Shown: one piece after another, positions 10,221 to 23,476 of the stretch
Position numbering within the stretch: position 1 is the first letter of the stretch
Layout: the number at the start of each line of letters is the position of its first letter
From: Minisyncoccota bacterium
GTDB taxonomy: Bacteria > Patescibacteriota > Minisyncoccia > Phycocordibacterales > UBA9973
DNA: 64,000 nt
Reading direction: 5' to 3'
Assembly: GCA_039915165.1 (NCBI GenBank)
Contig: JBDSNU010000018.1
Location: 166,617 to 230,616, forward strand
Translations under genes and position numbers: made by a program
The notes under the pieces: model-generated
The model's database searches: none
Seen by the model: only the letters and a program-made list of their open reading frames with translations
What the model was told of the DNA's origin: nothing

Positions 10221-10880
10221 ATGAGTAAAAAAGTCAAAATCTTCATTATTGTAATCGGAATCATCGCAGTGTTGATTTTTGCCTTTAATTTTTTTGGAAA
10301 TAATACACCTGCTTCAACTACTACAGCGGGCATCGCTAGTAATGTAAGTACTTCTACCTCGCCAAGTGCCACTGGTGCGACTGGCACTTCGGCATCAAGT
10401 AGTAGTTTCACTGCACTACTTTCAAGTATTAGTGGCATTACACTTGATACCTCTATTTTTTCAAATCCAGGATATAAGGCCTTACGCGACTACCCACTTT
10501 CACTTGGCACTGCAGTTATTGGTCGTCAAAATCCTTTCGCACCTTTAGGGGTAGATAGTACTGGCACTTCAATTGCTACAGCAGTTCAAGTACAAACACT
10601 TGCACCAGGTAAAATTCTTAGCACTACGGCTGAACTAGGAGCACTTGTTACTGCTGCAAATACCAGTCCAAGTACTGTAGTATTTCAATATGGGACAACG
10701 GATACAGTAACTTCTTCATCTGCTCCAATTAAGGTTACACAAAATGGTACTGCGTTATATACTCTTACTGGACTTACACCAGCCACTACGTACTATGTTG
10801 AAGCTGTTGCAGTACAAGGTTCGACTACTGCTACTGGTACCATTATGTCATTCACTACTGCTCCAAAGCAGAAACAATAA
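10221..10880 (+). CDS. PilP-position protein with C-terminal fibronectin type III domain
   Basis: TM, GRQNPFAP motif, LTGLTPATTYYVEAVA FN3 signature. Confidence 0.65.
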   Translation: MSKKVKIFIIVIGIIAVLIFAFNFFGNNTPASTTTAGIASNVSTSTSPSATGATGTSASSSSFTALLSSISGITLDTSIFSNPGYKALRDYPLSLGTAVIGRQNPFAPLGVDSTGTSIATAVQVQTLAPGKILSTTAELGALVTAANTSPSTVVFQYGTTDTVTSSSAPIKVTQNGTALYTLTGLTPATTYYVEAVAVQGSTTATGTIMSFTTAPKQKQ

Positions 10881-12607
10881 TGTTTCTTGATTTCCTACTT
10901 TCTCAAAATGTAATAACCGAACTGCAATACAATCGTGTTATGGCAGAACTGAACCATGAATATCATGGTGATACTACTGCTGCGCTAATTGCATTAGGGT
11001 TAACTGAAGACGCAGTAACTCAATCAAAGGCAATGTTTTATCGCTTGCCTTATGTAAAGATAGGGAAAATTTTTACTGAAGCCGCAAAATATATTCCAGA
11101 AGAGGCTGCTCGTCAGTATAGATTTGTGCCAATTGCATTTACTGATGAAGTATTGTCGATCGGAGTAACAGAGCCAGAAAACCTTGAAGCAATGAATGCC
11201 TTGCAGTTCATGTCGGTGAAGCTCGGCATTCCTTTTAAGGTATTTCTCATTTCTCCGTCTGATTTTAATAAAATGATTGATGGATACAAGGCTGGTACGC
11301 AAGAAGTAGACACTGAAGTGGATGAATTAAATAATGAGCTCAAGCTTGCGGATACTCCAGATGTAAAAGTAAGTTCGTCATTGGCAAAAAAACAATTACT
11401 CAATCCTTCATTACAAGAAAAGATTGTTGAAGACGCACCTATAATCAAAATCGTAGCTGTGGTTATTGAACATGCTGTTGAAGGGGGAGCTTCTGATATC
11501 CACATTGAAAACAGTGGTACTTCTGTGAAGGTTCGCTATCGTGTTGATGGAACATTGCATACGACATTAGTATTGCCGATCACTACATTTGATGCCATTG
11601 TTGCGCGTATCAAAATTTTGGCAAAATTGCGATTGGATGAAAAACGTAAACCCCAAGATGGTAGTTTTTCTACGGAAGTATCGGGAAGAAAAATTGAATT
11701 TCGTGTTTCGACATTCCCAGCATATTACGGTGAAAAGGTAGTGATGCGTATCTTAGACTCAGAGCATGGAGTGAAATCAATTGAAGATCTTGATTTGTCA
11801 CCAGCCAATCTTAAAACAGTAGAAGCAGGATTGCGTAAACCATACGGCCTCATTCTTATTTCTGGACCAACAGGATCTGGTAAGAGTACAACATTGTACT
11901 CTATGTTGTCAGCAGTTGATCGCGAGGGAAGCAACGTTGTTTCACTTGAAGATCCAGTTGAATATCAAATCCCAGGGGTAACACAGTCCCAAGTTATGCC
12001 AGAGATAGGCTACACATTTGCATCAGGGTTGCGTTCAATTTTGCGTCAGGATCCGAATATTATCATGGTGGGAGAAATCCGTGACAAAGAAACAGCGCAG
12101 CTAGCCATTCAGGCCGCGCTAACTGGTCACTTAGTGCTTTCAACAATTCACACCAATAGTGCGATTGGTATTATTCCTCGCTTGGTAGATATGGGAGTTG
12201 ATCCGTATTTGATCGCGCCGACATTAGTATTGGCTATTGCGCAGCGTTTGGTACGTCGCGTACACCCTAGTGCTCGTCATGAGGTGCCAATGGATGCTGT
12301 AACAAAAGAATTCATCAGTAAAGAGTTTATTGATTTGTCTCCAGAGGAAATTACTCGACTCAATATTTCTGACAAAATGTACGAAGTACGCCCTTCATCC
12401 GAAGCACCTTCTGGAACCAGTGGACGTATTGCTGTATTTGAAATGTTTAGTGTGGATAAAGAAATTCAGCAAGTTATTTTGAAAACTCCAACAGAACCAG
12501 AACTGTACAAAATCACTCGAGCAAAAGGAATGCTCACTATGCGTGAAGATGCATTACTTAAAGCATTGGATGGACAGGTTACCATGCAAGAAGTCTTTGG
12601 ATTGTAA
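10880..12607 (+). CDS. pilB: type IV pilus extension ATPase PilB/GspE
   Basis: ASDIHIE, GPTGSGKST, LRQDPNIIMVGEIRD, TGHLVLSTIHTN. Confidence 0.95.
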   Translation: MFLDFLLSQNVITELQYNRVMAELNHEYHGDTTAALIALGLTEDAVTQSKAMFYRLPYVKIGKIFTEAAKYIPEEAARQYRFVPIAFTDEVLSIGVTEPENLEAMNALQFMSVKLGIPFKVFLISPSDFNKMIDGYKAGTQEVDTEVDELNNELKLADTPDVKVSSSLAKKQLLNPSLQEKIVEDAPIIKIVAVVIEHAVEGGASDIHIENSGTSVKVRYRVDGTLHTTLVLPITTFDAIVARIKILAKLRLDEKRKPQDGSFSTEVSGRKIEFRVSTFPAYYGEKVVMRILDSEHGVKSIEDLDLSPANLKTVEAGLRKPYGLILISGPTGSGKSTTLYSMLSAVDREGSNVVSLEDPVEYQIPGVTQSQVMPEIGYTFASGLRSILRQDPNIIMVGEIRDKETAQLAIQAALTGHLVLSTIHTNSAIGIIPRLVDMGVDPYLIAPTLVLAIAQRLVRRVHPSARHEVPMDAVTKEFISKEFIDLSPEEITRLNISDKMYEVRPSSEAPSGTSGRIAVFEMFSVDKEIQQVILKTPTEPELYKITRAKGMLTMREDALLKALDGQVTMQEVFGL

Positions 12608-12633
12608 TTCATTTAAGATATACTATAACCATT

Positions 12634-13692
12634 ATGGATTACAAAAAATCTTTTGATGAACTACTTGATGTATTGGTAAGAGAAAACGGTTCTGATCTAC
12701 ACATTTCATCTGGTCGTTACCCAGCATTGCGCGTAAACGGCGAATTGATTTTTTTGCTTAATCATTCGGTGCTGACACAAGAAGATATTTCAGGCATGCT
12801 CAAAGCAGTGTTGTCAGAAGATCACTATAAGCACTTCATTGAAGTAGAAGAATTAGATTTTTCATATCAGTATCAGCCACAAATGAGACTACGTGGCAAT
12901 GCATTTATTCAACAAGGGAATCTTGGTGTTGTTTTGCGTTTGATTCCAGAAGTAAAAAATTTCGAAGAGCTTAACCTCCCGCCAATTTTGACTGAATTCG
13001 CTCGCAAGCGACAAGGGTTCTTTCTAGTCGTTGGTCCAGTAGGGCAAGGTAAGTCTGCAACAATGGCAGCGATGGTTCGTTTGATTAATGAAGAGCGTGC
13101 CGCTCATATTTTAACTATTGAAGATCCTGTTGAGTACACATATCCACAAGGCAAATCTATTATCGATCAGCGTGAAGTTGGTATTGATACTGCAGATTTT
13201 CCTATTGCCCTCAAGTCAGCATTTCGCCAAGATGTAAATGTTATTTTGATTGGTGAGATGCGCACCGCTGAAACAATTTCAACAGCAGTTACTGCTGCAG
13301 AAACCGGACACCTGGTATTATCTACACTGCACACCAACAATGCATCACAAAGTATTGACCGTATTATCGACTCATTTCCTGCAGGACAGCAGGATCAGAT
13401 CCGAACTCAGCTCGCAGGCTCATTGCTCGGTATTTTTTCACAGCGTCTGATCCCACGTATTGCCGGTGGACGTATCCCTGCATATGAACTACTCATTAAC
13501 AACAATGCTGTTTCCAACCTTATCCGTGAAAAGCGAACACATGAAATAGATATGGTTATCGAAACTAGTTCAGAGCTTGGTATGATCGATATGAATCGGT
13601 CATTGATCGATCTTGTTCGTCGCGGTGAGATCACTATTGAAAATGCGTATGCATACTCAAACAATCCTAAGAACTTAGAGCGACTTCTATAA
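12634..13692 (+). CDS. pilT: type IV pilus retraction ATPase PilT
   Basis: SDLHI, GPVGQGKS, TIEDPVE, AAETGHLVLSTLHT, NLIRE motif. Confidence 0.95.
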   Translation: MDYKKSFDELLDVLVRENGSDLHISSGRYPALRVNGELIFLLNHSVLTQEDISGMLKAVLSEDHYKHFIEVEELDFSYQYQPQMRLRGNAFIQQGNLGVVLRLIPEVKNFEELNLPPILTEFARKRQGFFLVVGPVGQGKSATMAAMVRLINEERAAHILTIEDPVEYTYPQGKSIIDQREVGIDTADFPIALKSAFRQDVNVILIGEMRTAETISTAVTAAETGHLVLSTLHTNNASQSIDRIIDSFPAGQQDQIRTQLAGSLLGIFSQRLIPRIAGGRIPAYELLINNNAVSNLIREKRTHEIDMVIETSSELGMIDMNRSLIDLVRRGEITIENAYAYSNNPKNLERLL

Positions 13693-13696
13693 CCAT

Positions 13697-14902
13697 ATGA
13701 ATTACGTTTACACTGCTGTTACAGATAAAGGCGAAAAGAGAGAAGGGGTTATTGAAGCCGTTAATCAAGAGTTGGCGATAGCTGGTCTACAGCGACGTGG
13801 ATTGATTGTTACTACTATCAAGAACGAAGAAGCTGCAAAGAAGTGGTTTGAAATCACATTATTTGAACGCGTACCACTGAAAGATGTAGTGATTTTATCA
13901 CGTCAGATGTCGACATTATTTGAAGCACAGGTTTCTGCCCTTAAAGCATTCACATTGCTATCAGAAAATACTGAAAACAAAGTATTGGGACGCAAGCTTA
14001 CTACTATTGTATCTGATTTGCAGGCAGGATCATCCATTGCTGGTGCATTAGCAAAACAAAGTGATGTTTTTTCTGACTTTTATGTAAACATGGTGAAGGC
14101 AGGCGAAGAGTCAGGTAAGCTCACTCAGGTATTTGCGTTCCTAGCTGATTATTTAGATCGTCAGTATGCACTTACTACAAAAACAAAAAATGCATTAGTA
14201 TACCCAGCATTCGTGATCGGAGTGTTTTTTGTGGTGATGATTTTGATGTTCACGGTTATCGTACCGAAGTTGTCTGCGATTATTACAGAATCCGGACAAG
14301 ATATTCCTATTTATACTAAGGTAGTGTTTGCTATAAGTACTATCTTTGTGAATTACGGTATATTTATGTTAATTTTTGTGGCTATATTTGTTGCATATGT
14401 TATTTACCTTGCTCGTACTGTAAAAGGAAAGCAGCTTATTGATGATATTAAATTCGGCTTGCCTGTATTTGGTAACCTATATCGCAAACTCTATCTTGCT
14501 CGTATTGCCGATAACATGGACACTATGCTTTCTTCAGGTATTCCAATTGTGCGCGCGATTGAGATCACTGGACAGGTAGTTGGCAATAAGCGTTATGAGG
14601 CAGTGATGCGTACGACAATGGAAAGTGTAAAAGCCGGCAAGGCATTTTCACAAGCACTAGGAGAGCATGCTGAAATCCCAAAACTCATGTCTCAAATTAT
14701 CCGCGTTGGTGAAGAAACCGGCTCTGTGGGGTCTATTTTGAAAATGTTGGCGAAGTTTTATAACCGTGAAGTTGACCAGGCTATTGATACATTAGTTGGT
14801 CTGATCGAGCCTTTTATGATCGTTTTCCTTGGTCTAGGTGTTGGTATTTTATTGGTTTCAGTACTTGTACCCATTTACAACATTGCTGGAGGCATTCAAT
14901 AA
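13697..14902 (+). CDS. pilC: type IV pilus platform protein PilC/GspF
   Basis: AGEESGKL, ALVYP, VGEETG, LIEP motifs. Confidence 0.95.
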   Translation: MNYVYTAVTDKGEKREGVIEAVNQELAIAGLQRRGLIVTTIKNEEAAKKWFEITLFERVPLKDVVILSRQMSTLFEAQVSALKAFTLLSENTENKVLGRKLTTIVSDLQAGSSIAGALAKQSDVFSDFYVNMVKAGEESGKLTQVFAFLADYLDRQYALTTKTKNALVYPAFVIGVFFVVMILMFTVIVPKLSAIITESGQDIPIYTKVVFAISTIFVNYGIFMLIFVAIFVAYVIYLARTVKGKQLIDDIKFGLPVFGNLYRKLYLARIADNMDTMLSSGIPIVRAIEITGQVVGNKRYEAVMRTTMESVKAGKAFSQALGEHAEIPKLMSQIIRVGEETGSVGSILKMLAKFYNREVDQAIDTLVGLIEPFMIVFLGLGVGILLVSVLVPIYNIAGGIQ

Positions 14903-14979
14903 ATGCTATAATTTCGGCATTACAAAGTCATTGTAATAATCGATTATTATTTATTAATTCGTTCTCAAGAAAAATTTGT

Positions 14980-15438
14980 ATGAAGAAAAATCTTAACAAA
15001 GGTTTCACATTGATCGAACTTTTGGTTGTTATTGCAATCATCGGTATCCTCGCATCTGTGATCCTCGCATCTCTAAATACTGCACGTGCAAAAGGTGCTG
15101 ATGCTGCTAGTAAGTCTGATTTGTCTAATGCTCGCGCACAGGCAGAAATCTTTTATGATAATGCTACTCCAAACTCATATGCTGGTGTATGTGTTGCATC
15201 AACAGCAACAAACGGTATCATCGCTATGATTGCGGACGCTGCTGCAAAGTCTGGTACAACTGTAGCTGCAACTACAGCTGCAAGTGATACTACTCACACA
15301 GCATGTCACGATACTGCAACTGCATGGGCTGCTTCTGTTCCTACTAAGTCAGTAACTGGATACTTCTGTGTAGACAGTACTGGTACAAGTAAGCAGACTA
15401 CAAGTCCTCTTGCTGCAAGCGCTACTATTTGTAGTTAA
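14980..15438 (+). CDS. major type IV pilin
   Basis: KG|FTLIELLVVIAIIGILAS prepilin site; C-terminal Cys residues; terminator follows. Confidence 0.9.
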   Translation: MKKNLNKGFTLIELLVVIAIIGILASVILASLNTARAKGADAASKSDLSNARAQAEIFYDNATPNSYAGVCVASTATNGIIAMIADAAAKSGTTVAATTAASDTTHTACHDTATAWAASVPTKSVTGYFCVDSTGTSKQTTSPLAASATICS

Positions 15439-15524
15439 TCTATAAACTAATAGTTATTCACAAAACATCCCGAGCATCGTCGAGGGGTGTTTTGTTTATG
15501 CCCGATAGTTGGTACAATAGAGAC

Positions 15525-16316
15525 ATGATATTACTTCCAATTTTTATATTTATTTTCGGACTAATTATTGGAAGTTTTTTAAACGTAGTGATCTTGCGTT
15601 TAAACACTGGTCGCAGTCCAGCTCAAGGACGTTCAAAATGTGCACGATGCAATACGCCGCTCTCATGGTATGAACTCATTCCAGTATTTTCTTATATCGG
15701 ATTGAAAGGGAAGTGTAAAACATGTAATACACACATCTCATTTCAATATCCTATAGTTGAATTATTAACAGCGATTGTATTTACTATTATCTACACTACA
15801 GCGTTGGCGACATATGGTTTCACTACGATGACCGCTATAGTATTTGTATTCTCAACAATTATTGCCGCTCTGCTTATCATCATTTTTGTATATGATATTC
15901 GCCACACCATTATTCCAGATACTATAGTCTACCTGTTTATCATTATGGCGCTGCTCTCAATATTGTGGAGTACATTTACTGTGTCAGGATTCAGTGCTGG
16001 TATTGCGATATTCAATGGCGTATTCGTGGCATTGCCTTTCTTCTTGTTGTGGGCATTATCAAAAGGCCGCTTCATGGGGTTTGGTGATGTGAAGCTCGCA
16101 CTTGGTATCGGTTGGTTACTTGGGTTAACAGGCGGCTTCAGTGCATTATTATTCTCTTTTTGGATTGGCGGTATTGTCGGACTCTTTATGTTGGCACTCT
16201 CTCGTAAATACCATATGCGCTCAGAGATCCCATTTGCTCCGTTCTTGATCATGGGAACATTTATTGTTGGCGTATGGGGAGTAACTATTTTCTCGCTATT
16301 ACAATTATGGCAATAA
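15525..16316 (+). CDS. pilD: prepilin peptidase
   Basis: GSFLNVVILR, two CxxC, YD and GFGDVKL aspartyl motifs, PFAPFL. Confidence 0.95.
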   Translation: MILLPIFIFIFGLIIGSFLNVVILRLNTGRSPAQGRSKCARCNTPLSWYELIPVFSYIGLKGKCKTCNTHISFQYPIVELLTAIVFTIIYTTALATYGFTTMTAIVFVFSTIIAALLIIIFVYDIRHTIIPDTIVYLFIIMALLSILWSTFTVSGFSAGIAIFNGVFVALPFFLLWALSKGRFMGFGDVKLALGIGWLLGLTGGFSALLFSFWIGGIVGLFMLALSRKYHMRSEIPFAPFLIMGTFIVGVWGVTIFSLLQLWQ

Positions 16317-16978
16317 TTAATAAACAGGCGGGATTTACTCTTATTGAAATGCTGGTCGTGGTCGGCATTTTTGCTGTAGTAGCAACAACCTTACTTTTTA
16401 ATTATTCAAGCTTCAGTACTAGTGTCGGGGTACGCAATCTCTCAGAACAGATCGGTATCAGTATTCGTAAGGCACAAAGTTATGCAACAAGTGTGCGCAG
16501 TATTTCTGGATCCGGCGGATTGATGAGTGATACATTTCCTGCATACGGTATTGCCTTTTCAGAAGGATATCCTTCACAAAATCTCTACGATCCGACTGAC
16601 AGCAGTTTCACACTGTTCACGGATGTATCTCCACAAAATAATACAATAACGAATAATATTTTTGATAATAATGGTTCATGTGGTGCACCAGGACAAGATC
16701 AAGAATGTGTAGAAAATTTCAGCATTACTAATGGTAATAAAATTGTATCACTCTGTACTGATAGTCCATCTGCTGGGACTTGTTTCACTGCTGAACATCC
16801 AGGAAAGGTAAATATTGTTTTTCACCGCCCAAACCCCGACGCCATAATCTGTATAGTTGACCAGTCTGGTAACTGTAGTAGCCAGCTTTCTTCATACGTG
16901 AAAATCACTGTGCAGTCATTGAAGGGAATTAATCGTATAATAACTATCTGGAGTACTGGCCAGATCAGTGTGAATTAA
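16307..16978 (+). CDS. minor pilin
   Basis: AG|FTLIEMLVV. Confidence 0.85.
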   Translation: MAIINKQAGFTLIEMLVVVGIFAVVATTLLFNYSSFSTSVGVRNLSEQIGISIRKAQSYATSVRSISGSGGLMSDTFPAYGIAFSEGYPSQNLYDPTDSSFTLFTDVSPQNNTITNNIFDNNGSCGAPGQDQECVENFSITNGNKIVSLCTDSPSAGTCFTAEHPGKVNIVFHRPNPDAIICIVDQSGNCSSQLSSYVKITVQSLKGINRIITIWSTGQISVN

Positions 16979-16979
16979 T

Positions 16980-17612
16980 ATGCAATATAGAAAACTATCC
17001 ACCTTCATACACTACGGCGCGACGAGGCAGTCCGGCTTTACACTAGTTGAAGTGCTTGTTTCACTAGCGCTCTTTACTGTTGTTGTAGTAGCAGCGATCG
17101 GCTCTCTCTATACAGTGAACCAGGCTTCAACTCGGGTGAATGCTATGCGAACAGTGCTTGATAACCTTACTTTTGCAACAGAATCAATGAGTCGTACTAT
17201 TCGTACTAGTCAGCATATTGTGTGTGGTGGCGTAGCAAATAACAGTGGGCTCTCACAAAACTGCCCACTCGGTAATGTTAACGGTGGAGGCAATGCAATT
17301 TCAATGAATAGTACCATCGATGGTACCGCTATTGAATATGTAATTGGTAACAATATTCAAACAGGACTCGGAGAAATCGATAAGTGCATATTGGTAAATG
17401 GTCAGGTCACTTCAACGAGTTGTGTTGCGATCACTGCACCAGAAGTAAATATCAATATTACAAAAACTAAGTTCTATGTCGACGGCGCAGATCTTTCTGA
17501 CTCCAAGCAGCCAAGTGTTATGATGGTAATAGAGGGTGAAGCGAATGCTGGTGCTGGCAATACTGCTCCATTTGCCATTCAAACATTAATCTCTCAACGA
17601 GCCGTAGAATAA
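16980..17612 (+). CDS. minor pilin (PilW-like)
   Basis: SG|FTLVEVLV; leader contains a REP-like insertion. Confidence 0.85.
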   Translation: MQYRKLSTFIHYGATRQSGFTLVEVLVSLALFTVVVVAAIGSLYTVNQASTRVNAMRTVLDNLTFATESMSRTIRTSQHIVCGGVANNSGLSQNCPLGNVNGGGNAISMNSTIDGTAIEYVIGNNIQTGLGEIDKCILVNGQVTSTSCVAITAPEVNINITKTKFYVDGADLSDSKQPSVMMVIEGEANAGAGNTAPFAIQTLISQRAVE

Positions 17613-17613
17613 T

Positions 17614-18201
17614 ATGAAACAACAACAAGGTTTTACTTTAATAGAAACATTGATCGCCATCTTTTTACTGACGCTCACTGTTGGCGGCTTGCTTGAACTT
17701 GCAGCTGGAGGATTTTATTCTGTGCGGTATGCTCGCAACCAGCTTGTTGCAGATGCACTGCTTCAAGAGTCATTAGAATATTTCCACAACAGTCGTGATA
17801 CCGCAGTACAAAACACTATTGATTGGCCAACATGGCTTGCGAGTTTCAATGTTGATTCAAGTGGTACCCAAATACAAGGCTCAGCTGGACAAGGATGTTT
17901 TTCAAGCAACGGTTGTATTGTAGATCCGTATGCTACCAATCAAAAAGTAAAAGCATGTAGTAGTACTTGTGCACCAATTGTTTTTTATACCAGTAATGAT
18001 TTGTATGGCTATACGAGTTCCACATATCCATCACAAAATGGTCAGACACTTAATACTGCTTCTCCTACAACATATGTGCGTACCATTACTCTTCAGCAAT
18101 CATCTCCAGACCAGGTGACAATAGTTTCCAAAGTGCAATGGTTGAATGGCTCAGCGCAGAAAAGTACTTCTCAATCTATTCTTTTAACGAGATGGCAATA
18201 A
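17614..18201 (+). CDS. minor pilin (PilV-like)
   Basis: QG|FTLIETLIAI. Confidence 0.85.
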   Translation: MKQQQGFTLIETLIAIFLLTLTVGGLLELAAGGFYSVRYARNQLVADALLQESLEYFHNSRDTAVQNTIDWPTWLASFNVDSSGTQIQGSAGQGCFSSNGCIVDPYATNQKVKACSSTCAPIVFYTSNDLYGYTSSTYPSQNGQTLNTASPTTYVRTITLQQSSPDQVTIVSKVQWLNGSAQKSTSQSILLTRWQ

Positions 18202-18202
18202 T

Positions 18203-20774
<2,572 letters not shown>

Positions 20775-20781
20775 TGTTTAT

Positions 20782-21069
20782 ATGACAACAGAAATGACTG
20801 GTGACGAGATCAAAAGACTAGCAAATCTGGCGCGTTTGAGTGTGCCAGAGGCTGAATTAGAAACAGTAGGCAAAGATGTGGCCAATATTTTGGGCTTTGT
20901 TGACGCTATTCAAGCAGTGCAGTTGGATGGTCAGATTACACAAACTTCTGATAAGACCAATGTCTTCCGTGAAGATATTGTTGCTCCTATTACACCAGCA
21001 CATGACCTTATCGAAGCAGCTCCACTGCATCAGGATCACTTTGTTAAAGTACCAAAAGTTTTAGAATAA
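20782..21069 (+). CDS. gatC: Asp/Glu-tRNA amidotransferase subunit C
   Basis: LANLARL...NVFRED...FVKVPKVL. Confidence 0.93.
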   Translation: MTTEMTGDEIKRLANLARLSVPEAELETVGKDVANILGFVDAIQAVQLDGQITQTSDKTNVFREDIVAPITPAHDLIEAAPLHQDHFVKVPKVLE

Positions 21070-21070
21070 T

Positions 21071-22471
21071 ATGGAATACCCAACTATTGAACAATTACAT
21101 AAGAAAATTATTGCCAAAGAAATTACTATCAGTGATCTTGTGAAAGAATATTATGATCGTGCACAAGCAAGCGACTTGAATGCATATCGTGAATTATTTT
21201 CTGCAGAAGACATTGCTGCACAAGTTGCTATTGCAGAAGCAATGGTACAAGCGGGAACAGCGACACTGTTAACTGGTATGCCAATCGCTATCAAAGATAA
21301 TATTTTATTTGCGGGGCATATTGTAAGTGGCAGTTCAAAAATGCTTGAACACTATACTGCTTCATATGATGCAACGGTGATTGAAAAAATGAAGGCACAA
21401 GGCGCAGTGATCATCGGCCGTACAAACATGGACGAATTCGCTATGGGGTCATCAACTGAAAACTCAGCCTATGGTCCAACAAAAAACCCCTGCGATACCA
21501 CAAAAGTTCCTGGTGGTTCTTCAGGGGGATCTGCTGCAGCTGTTGCTGCTGGTTTGTGTGTAGCAGCATTTGGTTCAGATACCGGAGGTTCTATTAGACA
21601 GCCAGCTGCCTACTGCGGTATTGTCGGACTGCTTCCAACATATGGTTCTGTTTCTCGTCACGGCTTAATGGCAATGGGTTCTTCTCTCGATGTAATTGGT
21701 CCGATGACTCATTCCGTTGCAGATGCTGAAGTTTTTTATAATGCCTTCAAGGGTGATGACAAATATGATGGTACCAGTCTTGCCCAAACAGCTGATAGTC
21801 AGCCTTTAAAAAAGCGCCTGGCTATTCCAAAAGGAATTTTTGATGGCGGCGGCTTTGATCCTGAGCTTGAAAAGAATTTTAATGATACCGTAGCGAAATT
21901 GAAAACAGAAGGATTCGTTATTGATGAAATTGATTTACCGCACTTCGCTGATTCATTGGCAGTATATTATATTTTGATGCCAGCTGAAGTATCTTCAAAC
22001 CTCGCTCGACTTGATGGTATTCGTTATGGCGACCGTGCTGAGAGTAAATCTATCAATGATGTATATGGAGACACTCGTGGCGCATTGTTTGGTCTCGAAG
22101 TTCGTCGAAGAATTTTGCTCGGCACCTATGTGCTTTCTCATGGGTATTACGATGCTTATTACAATAAGGCAATTGCATTGCGTGCAACTATTCGCAAAGA
22201 ACTTGAAGCTGTATTAGAAAAGTATGATGCTATCTTTACTCCCACAACGCCGACACCTGCATTTGGTATTGGTGAGAAAGTCGATGATCCAGTAAGTATG
22301 TATCTTTCTGACTTGTTTACTGTACCTGCAAACATCGCTCAACATCCTGGTTTGTCAGTTCCATCAGGCAAGAGTAGTGCAGGTTTGCCATTTGGTGTGC
22401 AGTTCATCGGTGCGCGATTTGCTGAAGATATTTTGTTTGAGCTTGGCAAGACCATAGAGAATATACGATAA
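21071..22471 (+). CDS. gatA: Asp/Glu-tRNA amidotransferase subunit A
   Basis: amidase signature GGSSGGSAAAV, GSDTGGSIRQPA, EVRRRILLGTY. Confidence 0.97.
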   Translation: MEYPTIEQLHKKIIAKEITISDLVKEYYDRAQASDLNAYRELFSAEDIAAQVAIAEAMVQAGTATLLTGMPIAIKDNILFAGHIVSGSSKMLEHYTASYDATVIEKMKAQGAVIIGRTNMDEFAMGSSTENSAYGPTKNPCDTTKVPGGSSGGSAAAVAAGLCVAAFGSDTGGSIRQPAAYCGIVGLLPTYGSVSRHGLMAMGSSLDVIGPMTHSVADAEVFYNAFKGDDKYDGTSLAQTADSQPLKKRLAIPKGIFDGGGFDPELEKNFNDTVAKLKTEGFVIDEIDLPHFADSLAVYYILMPAEVSSNLARLDGIRYGDRAESKSINDVYGDTRGALFGLEVRRRILLGTYVLSHGYYDAYYNKAIALRATIRKELEAVLEKYDAIFTPTTPTPAFGIGEKVDDPVSMYLSDLFTVPANIAQHPGLSVPSGKSSAGLPFGVQFIGARFAEDILFELGKTIENIR

Positions 22472-22478
22472 TACAGTT

Positions 22479-23078
22479 GTGCAAAACGTCGCTCAAAGTT
22501 CAATCAGTTTCGATTCAGTTATCAACTCCGCACAAGGAGTGACGAGAGGTATTTTTTCTACCACACTGCTTACAATTATTTATGTTGTATTGGCAATACT
22601 CGTTGTTGGCCTTATCACCTTGATCTTATTTCTTATTGTTCGCATGTATGAATTACATCGCGAGGCTGAGTTAAAAAAGAAACCTATTGTTGTTCCAGCG
22701 GCAATGCCTACTGTAAGTCAAAGTAGTAATGCAATTGATGCCATCCCATTACCAATGGCAAAAGATAATCCAACGTGGAAACATATTCGCGAACGATTAC
22801 TATCTGAAAATACTAGTGACTGGAAGTTAGCTGTTATTGAAGGTGATATTTATATGGATAAGCTATTGGATGACAATGGCTTTCATGGCGACACTACTGG
22901 AGATAAATTGAAGCAAGTCACTCCTGATAGGCTGCCCTCAATTCAAATTGCCTGGGAAGTACACAAGATTCGTAATCGCATCGCCCATGATGGCGCCGAC
23001 TTTGTACTGACAATGCCCGAGGCCCGCCGATTGATTTCATATTACGAAATTATTTATACTGATCTCAAGGCATTATAA
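22479..23078 (+). CDS. hypothetical membrane-anchored protein (HEPN-like RNRIAH C-terminus)
   Basis: TM helix; WKLAVIEGD...RNRIAHDG. Confidence 0.65.
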   Translation: MQNVAQSSISFDSVINSAQGVTRGIFSTTLLTIIYVVLAILVVGLITLILFLIVRMYELHREAELKKKPIVVPAAMPTVSQSSNAIDAIPLPMAKDNPTWKHIRERLLSENTSDWKLAVIEGDIYMDKLLDDNGFHGDTTGDKLKQVTPDRLPSIQIAWEVHKIRNRIAHDGADFVLTMPEARRLISYYEIIYTDLKAL

Positions 23079-23129
23079 GAGGGAAGCGTAAAACAAAAAC
23101 CAGACAGTGCTGTCTGGTTTTTGTTATTG

Positions 23130-23200
23130 TTGCGGGGCCAGGAATCGAACCTGGGCCTTAAGGTTATGAGCCTTACGAGATACCACTTCTCTACCCCGCG
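23130..23200 (-). tRNA. tRNA-Met(CAT), initiator-type
   Basis: CGCGGGG/CCCCGCA acceptor with C1:A72 mismatch; TAAGG-CTCATAA-CCTTA anticodon arm. Confidence 0.9.
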
Positions 23201-23333
23201 ATAGGGTATTAGGTTTGGATTGTACAATTCTACGAGGATTATTGCAAGCCATCCTTATTTCTTCTTGAAATATAGCCCAAATATGCTATAGTCTTTTGGC
23301 ACTGATGCACGCCTGTAAATTGGTGTAAAAATT

Positions 23334-23410
23334 GTCGATGTAGCTCAGTTGGTTAGAGCGTAGCACTCATAAAGCTAAGGTCGGAGGATCGTTCCCTCCC
23401 ATCGACACCA
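23334..23410 (+). tRNA. tRNA(CAT), elongator Met or Ile2, with atypical T-loop
   Basis: GTCGATG/CATCGAC acceptor, canonical D arm, CTCATAA loop, encoded CCA; T-loop ATCGTTC. Confidence 0.85.
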
Positions 23411-23476
23411 TACCAGGGTTTCCTGGTATAATTAAAAAAGTACACTGCAGCAATGCATTCGTACCGTCCTCAATAT

